The notes below the pieces were generated by a model. It made no database searches. It was not told where the DNA came from and saw only the letters and a list, made by a program, of their open reading frames with translations. From NCBI RefSeq assembly GCF_009914755.1, contig NC_060942.1: a DNA stretch of 64,000 nucleotides. One strand, given 5' to 3'. This DNA is from the human T2T-CHM13v2.0 reference genome, Homo sapiens. A program made the position numbers and the translations under genes. Below are positions 13,984-28,091 of the stretch, in pieces. The first letter of the stretch is position 1. Every line of letters starts with the position of its first letter.

Positions 13984-15397
13984 CTGGAAATAATAGCAAG
14001 AGAACCTTTTAGATTTTAAAGAGTAAAAACACATTTTTCTCTGCTTTCTTCATTTCCTATAAGGGTGCCACTCTCTGATTTTAAAATCTATTCAACCTGA
14101 AAACTGACCTCTATCTGCAGTTCATCTTTGATTATATTTTGTGAATTATTTGTAAGGAAGATTGGTGCTGATGGCAGAGTGGCCTGTCATAATCATATTT
14201 AGAGGTATGCCTTTTCTAAATACTGGGTTATTCAACTCATCCTCCCTGAACTGTGTCTTCGTTCTCTTAGAAATGCATCAGTGCAAAAGAACTGAGGTTT
14301 TTCCTTGTGCTTGATCTAGAAAGAACTAACCCTATGATAGAAACTTAAGAAAAAATGTAAAATTGATAATAAATAAATTAAAGGACAAACACAAGCCCAA
14401 GCAGTCTGCTTCTTTGCAGGTTTATAGGTAGTAGGATTGGGGTTAGGTGGTGGAGAAGGTGTAAAACCACTCTCCCTTTTCTTCTTTGAATTCATGGACA
14501 TCACAAGTTCTCATTGTCATTCCTGGAAGAACCAGAAAGTAAACTAAGATGATAATGTTACTCTCCACTTTTAGACAACATATTAAGTTTCAAAGCATCA
14601 TGACACAGTTTTGAGTCTATATTTTAATCTCTGATATATTTAGCCTTAGCTAGCGCTGACATTATTTTACCTAGTCCTGGTATTTTCCTGTGGTAACGTT
14701 CCTATTTTCTAACACTCCTTATTCAGACAGAGACAATGAGAAGTTGTATTTGTACAATTTACCAAACACTCACCTTCACTGCTTCATTTTATTCTTTTAC
14801 CCAGGGTTGTTAATCTAATTTTATTGAAGATGAGGAAAGAGAAAGAATGACTTCCCTAAAGTCATATAGCAGAGGAGAAAGAGCCTTCGTCTGACTCCAG
14901 GACCAGCACTTTTTGTAGCAGAGGAAACCTTGCATTTGTGTTATTCCTAACCAGTTGTCTTGCTCTCAAGTCCCTCTTTTCTATATCCATCTCTGGCTTC
15001 CTAGACAAAAAACAGGCTCTTATAGGAAGCATATGTAAACGAAAACAGTGAATAAACTTTTCAAATAATTTGTTCTGTCGCAAAAGTCAGTAAATAAAAC
15101 AGGAGACATCAAATCAGCCAATTTCTTTATCCATGGGATATCAAGCTCCTTGTTTGAAGGAAGAAACTAATGACTTTCTCCTTCCTCTCCTCCTCCTCCT
15201 TCTTTCTCTTTCCCTTTTCTATGAAGACTCTGACTCTTGTAGTTGTTCTGATGTCATACCCGTGGGAAGGGCTCCTGAGATTCTATGATGATCTCTCTGT
15301 AGACAGAGCTTGGTTCCTGGGAGGAGTTAACATGCTCATTCATTGGTGTGCTTGTCAAATGCATAACTCAGATATATCAAACAGGGTGCAGCTCTTT

Positions 15398-15489
15398 TTT
15401 TAAATTTAATTTAATTTAAAGTTCCAGGATACATGTGCAGGACATGCAGGTTTGTTACATAGGTAAATGTGTGCCATAGTGGTTTACAA
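15398..15489 (-). mobile_element. ~90-bp 5'-truncated L1PA 3' end with TSD
   Basis: gatacatgtgcaggacatgcaggtttgttacataggtaaatgtgtgcca flanked by tgcagctcttt at 15387-15397 and 15490-15500. Confidence 0.85.
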
Positions 15490-17064
15490 TGCAGCTCTTT
15501 AGGAACCTCAGTAAGACCTTTGTCCTGTGAGTTAGCAGGAAAGGGGTGGCTTTGCCCCAAAGGAAGGGTAACTATTCACGATGAGGTTGAGTTTTCTATT
15601 GCCCATGCCCACACCTATTTTTTTTAATACGAGGAAGGAGGGAGACAGGGAGGCAGATGAGTAGACAAGTGGCAGAAAATACCTTTCCAATGCTCCCATG
15701 CTGATCAATATGCCTGCACTACCCTGCTGGGTCATAATCCCTGTAACTTGGCTTCATTTACAGGGTCCAACGCAGGATGCCTGGAAGCCGAATGGACACA
15801 GATAGGACTGAAGAGAACAGAACACAAGGTCTTCATTCTTTGGACACCCTATTCGTATTCTATTCCCATTTTTTTAAAACTTGCATAACATCTTTCTTCT
15901 CCCCTTTGCCTTTCCACATACTCTGTTGGTGATAAATAAAGGGAAAGGTGTTTCCCAACAAAAGAAAGTTCTAAAGGAACATCTTCACAGCCTAATTGGC
16001 TGGCTTTTAATTTTGAAGAATCTTGACAATGTCGTTTTCCTAATTAGACTAGGAGAACCTGATAGGGGTGCTGATATTACCTCCTCCAGGAAATTAAGTG
16101 TATAAGACAGCTTCTATCCAAAGGAAACTGTCCACTCTTTCTCTAAGTAATTACTTTCCCCAACTTCACATCAGTGAAACTTGAACCTTTTAGAAGAGAA
16201 AGGCCTTGCACCCTCTGCCCGGGTGTACATCACATGTGCCAAATCACAGAAAAAATCTTGAGGAGGTCTAAGTTTTAACACTTTAAAGTTAGAAGATTCT
16301 CCCAGTTTTCTCTGCCTGTTCTATGTCTCTATATGTAGTTTCATATTGATTATAGATGTAGATATTCACATTTCCTCTTGATGAAGAAAAAGAAGTTGTG
16401 CTTCTGCAAATGAAAACAAATTCCATTATTTCTTAATGACTCTAAGTTCTCCCAAACTGAATTGGACCCTGCAAAAGGTAGTCAGGTACTTGCCTCTGGC
16501 AGAGGCCACTATGTAATACATTAGGGCCATTAGGGCGAGAGGGAGGAGAGCTTGTCACACACGAAGCCATTGTACCATTTTATATACAACAGGAGATATC
16601 TCCCAAACCCCACGGGTGGTCTAATAGCCTAAAGCATCAGAATTGATTACCCTTGGCTTGCTTAATTCCAAATGTCCTTGATGGTCAACAAAAGACTTGG
16701 TTGATGCAGAATTCTAAACTCCCTGTCCCTGGTTAAGCACTGTAGTAGTAGCTGCCTGGACAGTAAGAAGAGATGTTTGAAAAGAGTATGAACCTAAGCC
16801 ACTGACTTGTAATATAGAAATCAAGTCAGTTACCCATTTTGCCCACAACATTTGTGTTATGCAGAGGGGTTGCTTCTCCCTTTCACAAGCAGGAAAACTG
16901 TGAACTGCAGTGAAGGCAGGCAGAGACTTTACTTCCTGGGGCATAGACTTATTTTGCTGATAGAAAGGCCCTGGGCCTCAGTAGGCTCCTAATAAAAAAT
17001 AAGGTAAACATAAAAAAATTAAAAATAAAATTTGAAAATAACGTTAAAAGATTAAAAATGAAAC

Positions 17065-17480
17065 CATCTAGTCAATGGTTTCTCTCTGCTCTTGGAGTAA
17101 AGACCAAAATCTCCCAAGGACCTGCTTGATCTGGCCCATCTCCCTCTGCATTCTCATGAAGCTCCTGTCTTCCCACTCTGAGTACCCTCTGCTGCTCTCC
17201 TTTAGCTCTTCCAGCTCAGCTCACTGCTCCAGAGCCTTTGCACAAGAAGCATCTCCTGTAAGTAGAATGCTGTTTCCTTCCTCTAGCCTAGTAATGCCTG
17301 TTCATCCTTCAGCTCAGATATCACTTCCTTAGGGAAGGTTTTCTCCCCTTTGGGACCAGATCAGTGCTCTCTGTAATAAGCACTCTTAGTTCACTGGACT
17401 TTTTCTTTTGAGTATTAATCGATTTGCAAGTATTCCTTTATGGGATTATTTAATTACCATTAGCTTCCATAAGGAGGAAC
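17065..17480 (+). mobile_element. L2 fragment
   Basis: gcctttgcacaag...tagaatgctgtttcc...tcatccttcagctcagatatcacttccttagggaagg. Confidence 0.6.
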
Positions 17481-17482
17481 TG

Positions 17483-17578
17483 TAGTCATGAACCACATAG
17501 TGCATTCCCATCAATGAGGGACCACATATTGGGTGGTGTTCCCATAAAATTATAATGCCGTACTTTTACTGTGTTTTC
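17483..17578 (+). mobile_element. Tigger3/MER7-like DNA transposon end
   Basis: agtcatgaaccacatagtg...gaccacatattgggtggtgttcccataaaattataat resembles the Tigger3 terminal sequence. Confidence 0.6.
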
Positions 17579-17599
17579 TGGAATGAAGGTAATAATCCC

Positions 17600-17868
<269 letters not shown>

Positions 17869-18224
17869 ACACTGGTCCACATTACTTAGAGGAGGAACCT
17901 TTAGAGAGCACAGCTAAGTCCATATTCTTTGTTTAAATATTTTGTATAGTTCTATTTGTAAGAGGTAAGGAGAGGGCCTTGAGATTTCCCTCAGGATGAA
18001 TTCGGTTCTCTGTGGGAAGCAATTCTCCACAACCACCTTTTAGTTCTAACTTAGAGCCAATAGATGGTAGCTTTGTCAGGGTTGGTGGTTCCTGATTCTA
18101 TTGAAAGTACAGGAAAATTATGAATCAATGGTTCATGGCCACAGGGTAGGTGCTGAAATAAGATAAGAGGGCAGACTAATGGAACCCCATAACCAAGCTA
18201 TGTGGCTCCATCTTGGACATCTGA

Positions 18225-18894
<670 letters not shown>

Positions 18895-19502
18895 TCTGTT
18901 TTTATTTTTAGGGATTATGTGAATTTGAGTGGAAGCATTGTCACATCAATACCTTCTTGCTTCACTCAGGCAAGCAACTGAAAGGGAAATTCTGTATCTT
19001 TAACTTATCCTCCACTTCTCAGAATAAAGAAAGCAAAACATTTCAACCTCTCCAAAAATGTTGTCAACCCATTAAGTGTTTATTAGCATTTTACTTCCCA
19101 AGTACAAATCAGAAATAGAATAGTTTTAGCCAATGAAATGTTTTATATAGGAAATAATCAGAGAACAATACCAGGTGGTATGCAAACCTTTCTAGCTCAC
19201 AGAAGGGCAGAGCAGAGGGAAAATGGACCATGTAATCCAAGTCTGTGACCATGGATTTGTGGGAATGGAAGAGAATATTCACACTGAAGAGTGTGAGATG
19301 GGGGTGAGGTGCTGAGGTGGGTCACTGAAGGTTGAGCAATAACCTCAGAGATAGTCCAAGGCCTCCCTGGGGTGGTAGAAAGGGCAGAGAAAGTCAAGTT
19401 TTTCCAGACTTATCAGTGAGCAGAACATGGATAGACCCAGCAAGGGGAAGAAAAATTGGAGGCAGGAGAACTGTAGTAGCTTCTGATTAAAAATGGAGAC
19501 GC

Positions 19503-19632
19503 AGTCAGGTGCAGTGGCTTGCACCTGTAATGCTAGCATTTTAGGAGGCCAACAGGAGGATTGCTTGAGTCTAGGAGTTCGAGGCTAGCTTGGGCAACAT
19601 AGCAAGACCTGGTCTCTACTTAAAAAAAAAAA
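19503..19632 (+). mobile_element. FLAM/Alu monomer
   Basis: Left monomer plus poly-A. Confidence 0.9.
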
Positions 19633-21104
19633 GAGAGATGCCTCTCTGGGTGTTTGTGTTCATGCTTTGGTTGGGTTCACGGTGATTGCTTTAGTTGGGG
19701 GTGGGTGGAGGACCCATGAGAGTCATTGCTGGGCTCCTCATAGCTGCAGTGTGGGGGTCAGGGCATGCCATCAGCTGTCAGTGGTGGTTGGAACAGCCCT
19801 GTTTGGGCTGCTCTGTGAACATGTAGAGAGATTCCATCGTCTCTCACAGTACATTTTGCTTTCTGTAAAAATTGTCCTTGGGGTAGGAAGATCCTCATTT
19901 TCGGTACAGAACAAACACAAATAAGATATTTCATATCTTCTCTGCCATTTTCACCCTTCCCTGTAATTGGAAACTCTTGCCCCCAGTCTCACCTGTAGGA
20001 TTCTATCTTCAAATGTAGAATTCTCTTCTCCTCACCAACCCCTCCCTGTCTGTCTCATTTTTTCCCTGCTTCAAATTTTCATGATCTTTTATTTTTCAGT
20101 TCTTTTGATTAGTGATGGTAAAGGGAGTAGGGGAGAAGAGGGAGAGGACTCTTCTGTTTCATTAGTTTCTGATAAAGTGTGCAGTTTTTAAAGGCTGCTT
20201 TCAAAAATCCACACACTTTCTGTTGAACAGTCTTTAATTTACCTCCTCTTTTCAGGCTTTGGTTTTGTGCTCAGAGGCATTCAGACCTTGTGCACCTCCA
20301 CATGGTGTCTGAACTGCCTCCAGCTGATTCTGAGGGTTGAGCTTTTCTTTACCCTTCAGCTTGCTATTAGCCATTTTCTTCTTATTCCTGGAGTATGCTC
20401 GTTTTCCTCAAGTTCACTGCTGCGGACTTTCTCTTGGGAGTCACCCCCAATTATAATATCAAACCCAGTTTGTGGGGTGATCTAGCTGCCCAATACAGCT
20501 CTCATACTCAGACACTCCCTGTTACATAAGACAAAATGAATTCTCTTCTCCTCACTAGTAGACACTCACCCAAGTTGCATTTAAGTCTGGGTTGCTTATA
20601 AAGCATCAACATATCACCTCCCCCGATTGCACCTAGTATGTTTCATAGGCAAAACCTGAGAGAATCTTTGTTGTTCTAATTACAGTTATTGTGTTAGCAA
20701 CTCGAGTTATTACTCAGTGACTAGATGTATGCATATTTCTTTTTAAAATCTTTTGGGTGTTTGGGATTTGAAACCTAAGGGCTTTTTCATTTTTGTAAGT
20801 TATTTCCCCAATAAGACACATACAGCTTGGGTTGTTGAGGTTTGGGGAAAGGAGTAGAGGGGCTTCAGGGTGCTTGTTCCTCGGTAGTGAAAGTCACAGT
20901 ACGTGACTACTTTTGGGCTTCTTGGTGAGTCTTACTCTGTGGGAGTCCTCCCTTCCTCCTTCCCTCCCTCCCTTCCTTTGTATCCTTTCATTCCTCTTCC
21001 TCTTCTTCATGACAGTTGTTCTTGCTTTCCTTTCAACTAGAAGTGAAGGTGCCTTCATCACTCTTAGGCTCTCTTTCCCCTTATCTTTTTTTGATGTTTT
21101 TTAA

Positions 21105-21440
<336 letters not shown>

Positions 21441-21646
21441 TAATCATCTCTCCCCATCCACTGCACCCAGGCTTCACTTCCTCTTTAAGTCCTCAAGGTA
21501 AGCTTCAAAACCAACCTCTGCTTGTGACTCTGAGTCTTTACAGATGTCATTCTTGTTTCACTACTTTTCAGTCCAGCAGAATAGCTCAGCCCTGTATCAG
21601 CCAGCAAGTTTCTTTCCACATTTCTGTCTGTCCAAAATATTTTAAA

Positions 21647-21954
21647 GGCCAGGCGCAGTGGCTCATACCTGTAACCCCAGCAGTTTGGGAGACCGAGGTG
21701 GGCGGATCATTTGAGGTCTGGAATTTGAGACCAGCCTGGCCAACACGGTGAAACCCCATCTTTACCAAAAATACAAAAATTAGCCAGGTGTGGTGGTACA
21801 TGCCTGTAATCTCAGCTACTCAGGAGGCTGAGGCAGGAGAATTGTTTGAACCTGGGAGGTGGAGGTTGCAATGAGCTGAAATCGTGCCACTTGCTTTTTA
21901 GCCTGGATGACAGAGCAAGACTCTGCCTCAAAAAAAAAAAAAAAAAAAAAAAAA
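21647..21954 (+). mobile_element. AluS
   Basis: Full dimer with long poly-A and flanking ccaaaatat(a)tttaaa repeat. Confidence 0.95.
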
Positions 21955-23025
21955 GCCCAAAATATATTTAAAATATTTAGGACTTCTTTGGAGTTCTTAG
22001 GGCCTAAGAACATTCTGGAGATTTTGGGTCCAGTACAATATGTAATGTAGTTGTGAACATGACCTTGCTCCTAATTCCCTAAAAGCCAACCAGATGTCCC
22101 TACTATTGTTTCCAGACCTCCTGACCCCAAGCAGCCTCCTCTAAACCATCTCCTATCCTAGACTTCTGGGACTCTGAGAATATTGTTGTTCATTACATCC
22201 ATTCATTCATTCTTACAGTTGGTCCACAAATACCTGGAGAAAGGCCCACAAGGGGCTTTGAGATGTATAAATATAAGACCTGAATTACAGTCTCAGGATG
22301 TTCCCCATTCCAAGTCTCTTAGGGTAGGGACCTAAGGACCCCTGGAAAAGGAACAAACAGGGATTTCGAATATATATAATTTTCTTATCATAAAACAGGA
22401 ATGGTTCTGTTTACATATCTCTTGCTAAACTTAATTCTGTATTGGCTTAAGTGCAAGCTTGATCAGAGACACTAGTAGAAGGAAGCTTCTTTGAGCTCTG
22501 GTCCTATTGTATGAATTGATCTCTAATTAAGGAAGAGTTTTCCCCTCAGGGTTATACACAGAATCTTACTCTATTAATTTGTTTCTGGGCCTTTGTTGCT
22601 ATGAACTTTGGCCAGCATTTCACCCCCATCTGTGAACACACTCTGGGAATCCCGCACATCCACACTTTCTGGGTGAGGAGAGAGACAAGTGGCTCCCGTT
22701 TAGGCTGCATCTGACCTAGCCCTGTCCCTCAAGTCTCCCACCCTGTCCAAGTGAATGTAAGAGTAAGACTCCTAGCCCTGGCCTTCTCCTAACAACAAAA
22801 GAAAGTTTCAGTTTCCTGAAAAGTCTTGCACTTTCCATCTTTCTGTCTGTTCATCTACTCCCTATCATCAGAATCACTCTTCTGGATTGAGATTGGAAGG
22901 GAAATGAGAGTGAAAATGTCATAGGAGCCAGAGCTTTTCCACCTTGACTGTGTCATTAAGCAGCACATTCTACACCATGGAATTTAAGATGCCGTCAACT
23001 GTAAGATGTAACGTTATTTTATGTC

Positions 23026-23388
23026 TGATATGGTTTGGCTACGTCCCCACCCAAATCTCATTTTGAATTGTAGTTCTCATAATCCCCAGATGTTGTGGGA
23101 GGGACTGAGGGAGGTAATTGAATCATGCGGGTGGGTTTTCCTCTGCTGGTCTTGTGACAGTGAATAAGTCTCACAAGATCTGATGGTTTTATAAAGGGGA
23201 GTTTCCCTGCACACGTTCTCTTGCCTGCTGCCATGTAAGATGTGCCTTTTCTCCTCATTCGCCTTCCACCATGATTGTGAGGCCTCCCCAGCCATGTGGA
23301 ACTATGAATCCATTAAACCTCTTTTCCTTTATACATTACCCAGTCCCAGGTATGTCTTTTATTAGCAGCATGAGAACGGACTCATACA
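23026..23388 (+). mobile_element. THE1-family MaLR solo LTR
   Basis: tgatatggtttggct...cccacccaaatctca...attaaacctctttt...ggactcataca with TG...CA ends and a near-TSD atgtc/atgtt. Confidence 0.93.
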
Positions 23389-23474
23389 ATGTTCCACAGG
23401 AAAAAAGAAACCAGCCAATTAAACTATGATAATCATTGACTGAAAAAATATGCATTCTGGAATCAACGAAATAT

Positions 23475-24160
<686 letters not shown>

Positions 24161-24186
24161 TTAAACTCCTTTTTAAGGAGATCCTT

Positions 24187-24436
24187 CCTTTTGTTTTTGA
24201 GACAGGGCTTCATTCTGTCACTCAGGGTAGAGTCCAGTAGCATGATCATAGCCTACTGCAGCCTCAAACTCCTGGGCTCAAGCAATCTTCCTGCCTTAGC
24301 CCTCTTGAGTAACTGGGACTACAGGTGTACACAACTAGGCCCAGCTAATTTTTTTTTTTTTTTTTTTTTTTTGGTAGAGACAGTGTCTCACTATGTTGCT
24401 CAGGCTAGTCTCAAATTCCTGGCCTCAAGTGATCCC
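24187..24436 (-). mobile_element. AluJ, 5'-truncated
   Basis: gagacagggc...catagcctactgcagcctcaaactcctgggctcaagc. Confidence 0.9.
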
Positions 24437-24439
24437 AGT

Positions 24440-24865
24440 GAACATTTTTTATTTTACTGCTCTGGAGGTCAGAAGTCTAAAAATCAGACTGTCAGCAGGG
24501 CTATGTTCCTTCTGGAGGCTCTAGAGAAGAATCCATTGCCTTGCTTCCTTTTACAGTTTCTATAGGCCATCTGCATTCCTTGGCTTATGGCCCCTTCCTC
24601 AAATCACTACAGCTTCTTGCTTCTAAATCACTCCAGCTTCTTGCTTTTATTGTCACATCTCCAACTATTCACTCGGATCTTCCTGCCTTTCTTTTATAAG
24701 ACCCCTTCAGAGTCCACCGAGTCCACCTGGGTAATCCAGGATAATCTCATCTCAAGATTCTTGACTTAATCACACATGCAAAGTCGATTTTTTCCATGTA
24801 AGGTAACACAAGTTCCAGGGATAGAATGTAAATATTTTTTAGGGGTCTTATTCAACTTGCCCCAG
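24440..24865 (-). mobile_element. MLT1 MaLR LTR
   Basis: ctggaggtcagaagtc...gtaatccaggataatctcatctcaagattc...ccatgtaaggtaaca. Confidence 0.85.
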
Positions 24866-25071
24866 ACATGATAAAATTTGTATTAAAAAATTGATGGAAG
24901 AGGAGAGAATGGAGTAAGAAAGACCAGTTAAGTGACTGAATAATACTACAGATGAGGGATGATCAGGTCATAGACCAAGATAGTCACAGTGGGGAGAGAA
25001 AGGTAGAGTCAGATTGCAGATGTTGGGAGGTAGATTTGCTCTCAAAGCATTATCCTGAGCACTAGGATTTC

Positions 25072-25072
<1 letters not shown>

Positions 25073-25118
<46 letters not shown>

Positions 25119-25262
25119 CTTTAAGTTTTAGAGTACATGTGCACAACGTGCAGGTTTGTTACATATGTATACATGTGCCATGTTGGTGTGCTGCACCCAT
25201 TAACTCGTCGTTTAGCATTAGGTATATCACCTAATGCTATCCCTTCCCCCTCCCCCCATCAT
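25073..25262 (-). mobile_element. Young L1PA 3' end (~190 bp) with (TAA)n tail and TSD
   Basis: tatactttaagttttagagtacatgtgcacaacgtgcaggtttgttacatatg...ctaatgctatcccttccccc, flanked by taggatttct at 25063-25072 and 25263-25272. Confidence 0.93.
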
Positions 25263-25376
25263 TAGGATTTCTGACAAGCCTCCAGGTGGTATCCATGCTG
25301 CTGGCTCTTGAACAACAGCTTGAGTGGGAAGGTCCTGGGGAAAACCAGCATTCAAGGGGTGTCAAAAGGAACCCAA

Positions 25377-25682
<306 letters not shown>

Positions 25683-25866
25683 AGAAGATGAAGAAAAAGA
25701 AAAGGAGGAGGAGAAGGAAGAGGAAGAAGAGGAAGAAGAAGAAGAAGAAAGAGAAGAAGAAGAAGAAGAAAAAGAAGAAGAAGAAGAAGAAGAAGAAGAA
25801 GAAGAAGAAGAAGAAGAAGAAGAAGAAGAAGAAGAAAAAGAAGAAGAAGAAGAAGAAGAAGAGAAA
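25683..25866. repeat. (GAA)n compound trinucleotide repeat
   Basis: Purine-only from 25690 to 25866, with 21 uninterrupted GAA units at 25774-25836. Confidence 0.97.
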
Positions 25867-27524
25867 CACAAGAGGCAGAGACCATAGCTTCTGTGAAGAA
25901 GAATCCCAAGAGAGGATGGTGTCCTGAAGCCCTCCGGAAAGGAGAGGATTTTAAGAATGTGGTCAAGAGAGGAAAAGAAAGATGCTAAAAACTGTCCAAA
26001 AGATTTGGCTACTAAGTCACTGGTGTCCTTAAAGAGAGCAGGTTTGGTGGGGTTGTGAGAGCCCAAAGTCTGTACCATTTTGCCCTACCTTCTCTGAATA
26101 GATTCTATTCAGCTATATTTATCTAAAAATGTGGGACTGGGTTAGCAGAGAGGGGCAGAGGCACAGGGAACACTCTGTCTTAACTCCAGCAGCAGCTGTG
26201 CTGTCATGGGAGCTCAAAGCCATGGCATGTCAGTTTACGGGCCTGTTCTTGGCTCTGGGTGTGCTGCCATCTCCACCTGTGAGCTTATTTTGGGACATGC
26301 AAAATATTTATTTGCAAAAGTACACAACAGCAGACAGCATGAAATAATGGGCCTCATAAATATCCTACAACTGCAACAGCAACACCAAATGCCTAGGTTA
26401 GTGGACTGAAGGAAGAAGGGCACTTCAGGTGAAGGCTGATGTCCACCTGCTTACTTATTCAGTTCACTCTTCCAGGAGGCTCCATCATGCAGAATTATTT
26501 TCTTTTGGTGTTATATTCTATCTTATCTTTCCCGCCCTATGCATTAAAAACAGATTGTGTTTTTGTTTGTTTGGGGTGTACATTGACCTAAAATTAAGGG
26601 ATTACAATTTGGTCATAAATTGTAATCCCATCATTTTAATAGAGGCCATGCCTCTAAGAATACATTAATGATTGTTAGCTTGTCTTCATATTCTCTACTT
26701 TGATGTCCTTCTGTCGCTCTGGAGAGCCATCTAGTCTTTTAAAAGAGCACGGTTGCACATTTGTTAAGGCATAAGGGGGCTAACTTGTTCTTTTCTGTAT
26801 ATGACTCTACCAACTGTGACCTTACAAAGCAGAAAGGAGATATCTACAGTATTATGGTGACGATTTGTGGAGGAAAATACTAAGACAGAATGAAAATGGA
26901 AACTGGAAGCCCATTGGCTCTGTTTCTCTATTATTTTAAAAGGAAACAACCACTTAATACTGGATTTTCTAAAAGGAAAAAAAGAAGTAAAAATAAAAGC
27001 TAATTTTAGTTTAGGTTGCGTTTGCTCATTTGCATATTCCCCTTTTCCTGTTTGTTGGAATCAGAGAAAAATAACTATCATCTAACCTTTTGACTTAAAC
27101 ACAATTTGGCATTTTAGTTGGTTCATTCTTTGATTGTCAAAGTTTTCCTTTAAAAAAAAAGCAATTTTCTCTACCCTCTTTGATATTGAAGTATTCATTT
27201 CTATTCCACTGGAGTGGCATTTAAAAAAATCTGTTTTGATGTCACAATTATTCTACCATTAGAACACTGGATTCAAACAATCATTTCATTTCACTTTATC
27301 TGCTTCATTGATGATCACCAAAAAAATACACTAGTCATCAAGGCCCTCTTTGTGCTTTTTTGTCCACTTGGTGCATGGCTGGTGAGTCTAACAAACAAAG
27401 TAAAGTACACCGTGATAAGTAATCGAGTATGTTTGTGGTATTTGCATTGTATCCAGGCTGAAATAGATAAATGACAAGAGGAGAGTAGCTACTACTATTG
27501 ACTGGGAACAGACAATGTTGGACA

Positions 27525-27657
27525 TAGACTTCTGTGAACTCTATCTGAGCTGGCTCTGTCAGCCCCCATCTCTCTGAGAGGTTGGGGTTATTATTCTCTT
27601 TTTCTAGGAGACAAATCTGAAGCTCAGAGCAGCTAGGTAAACTCTTCCAGGTCACAA
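27525..27657 (-). mobile_element. MIR fragment
   Basis: ttattattctc...aaatctgaagctcagagc...ttccaggtcaca. Confidence 0.55.
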
Positions 27658-27805
27658 AAATGCTATATTTCATTGAATTTTAGATGTCACCGGTTTTATT
27701 GATTTTATGTACCGTGAAGAAAGAAAGATATACCACCACAACTATACCACAGTAATTGTTTTATTCCTTAGAATTTTTATTGTATACCTATTGGAAGAGT
27801 TTCTT

Positions 27806-28091
27806 GGCTAGGCTCAGTGGCTCACGCCTGTAATCCTAGCACTTTGGGAGGCAGAGGTGGGCGGATCACTTGAGCCCAGGGGTTTGAAACCAGCCAGGGC
27901 AACGTGGCGAAACCCTGTCTCTACAAAAATACAAAAAAAAAATTAGCCAGGCACGGCGGTGCACGCCTGTAGTCTCAGTACTCAGGAGGCTGAGGTGGGA
28001 GGATTGTTTGAGCCCAGGAAGTGGAGGTTGCAGTGAGCCAAGATTGAGCCACTGCACTCCAGCCTGGGCGACAGAGTGAGACCCTGAAAAA
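27806..28091 (+). mobile_element. Alu (J-like)
   Basis: Full dimer with short tail. Confidence 0.95.
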
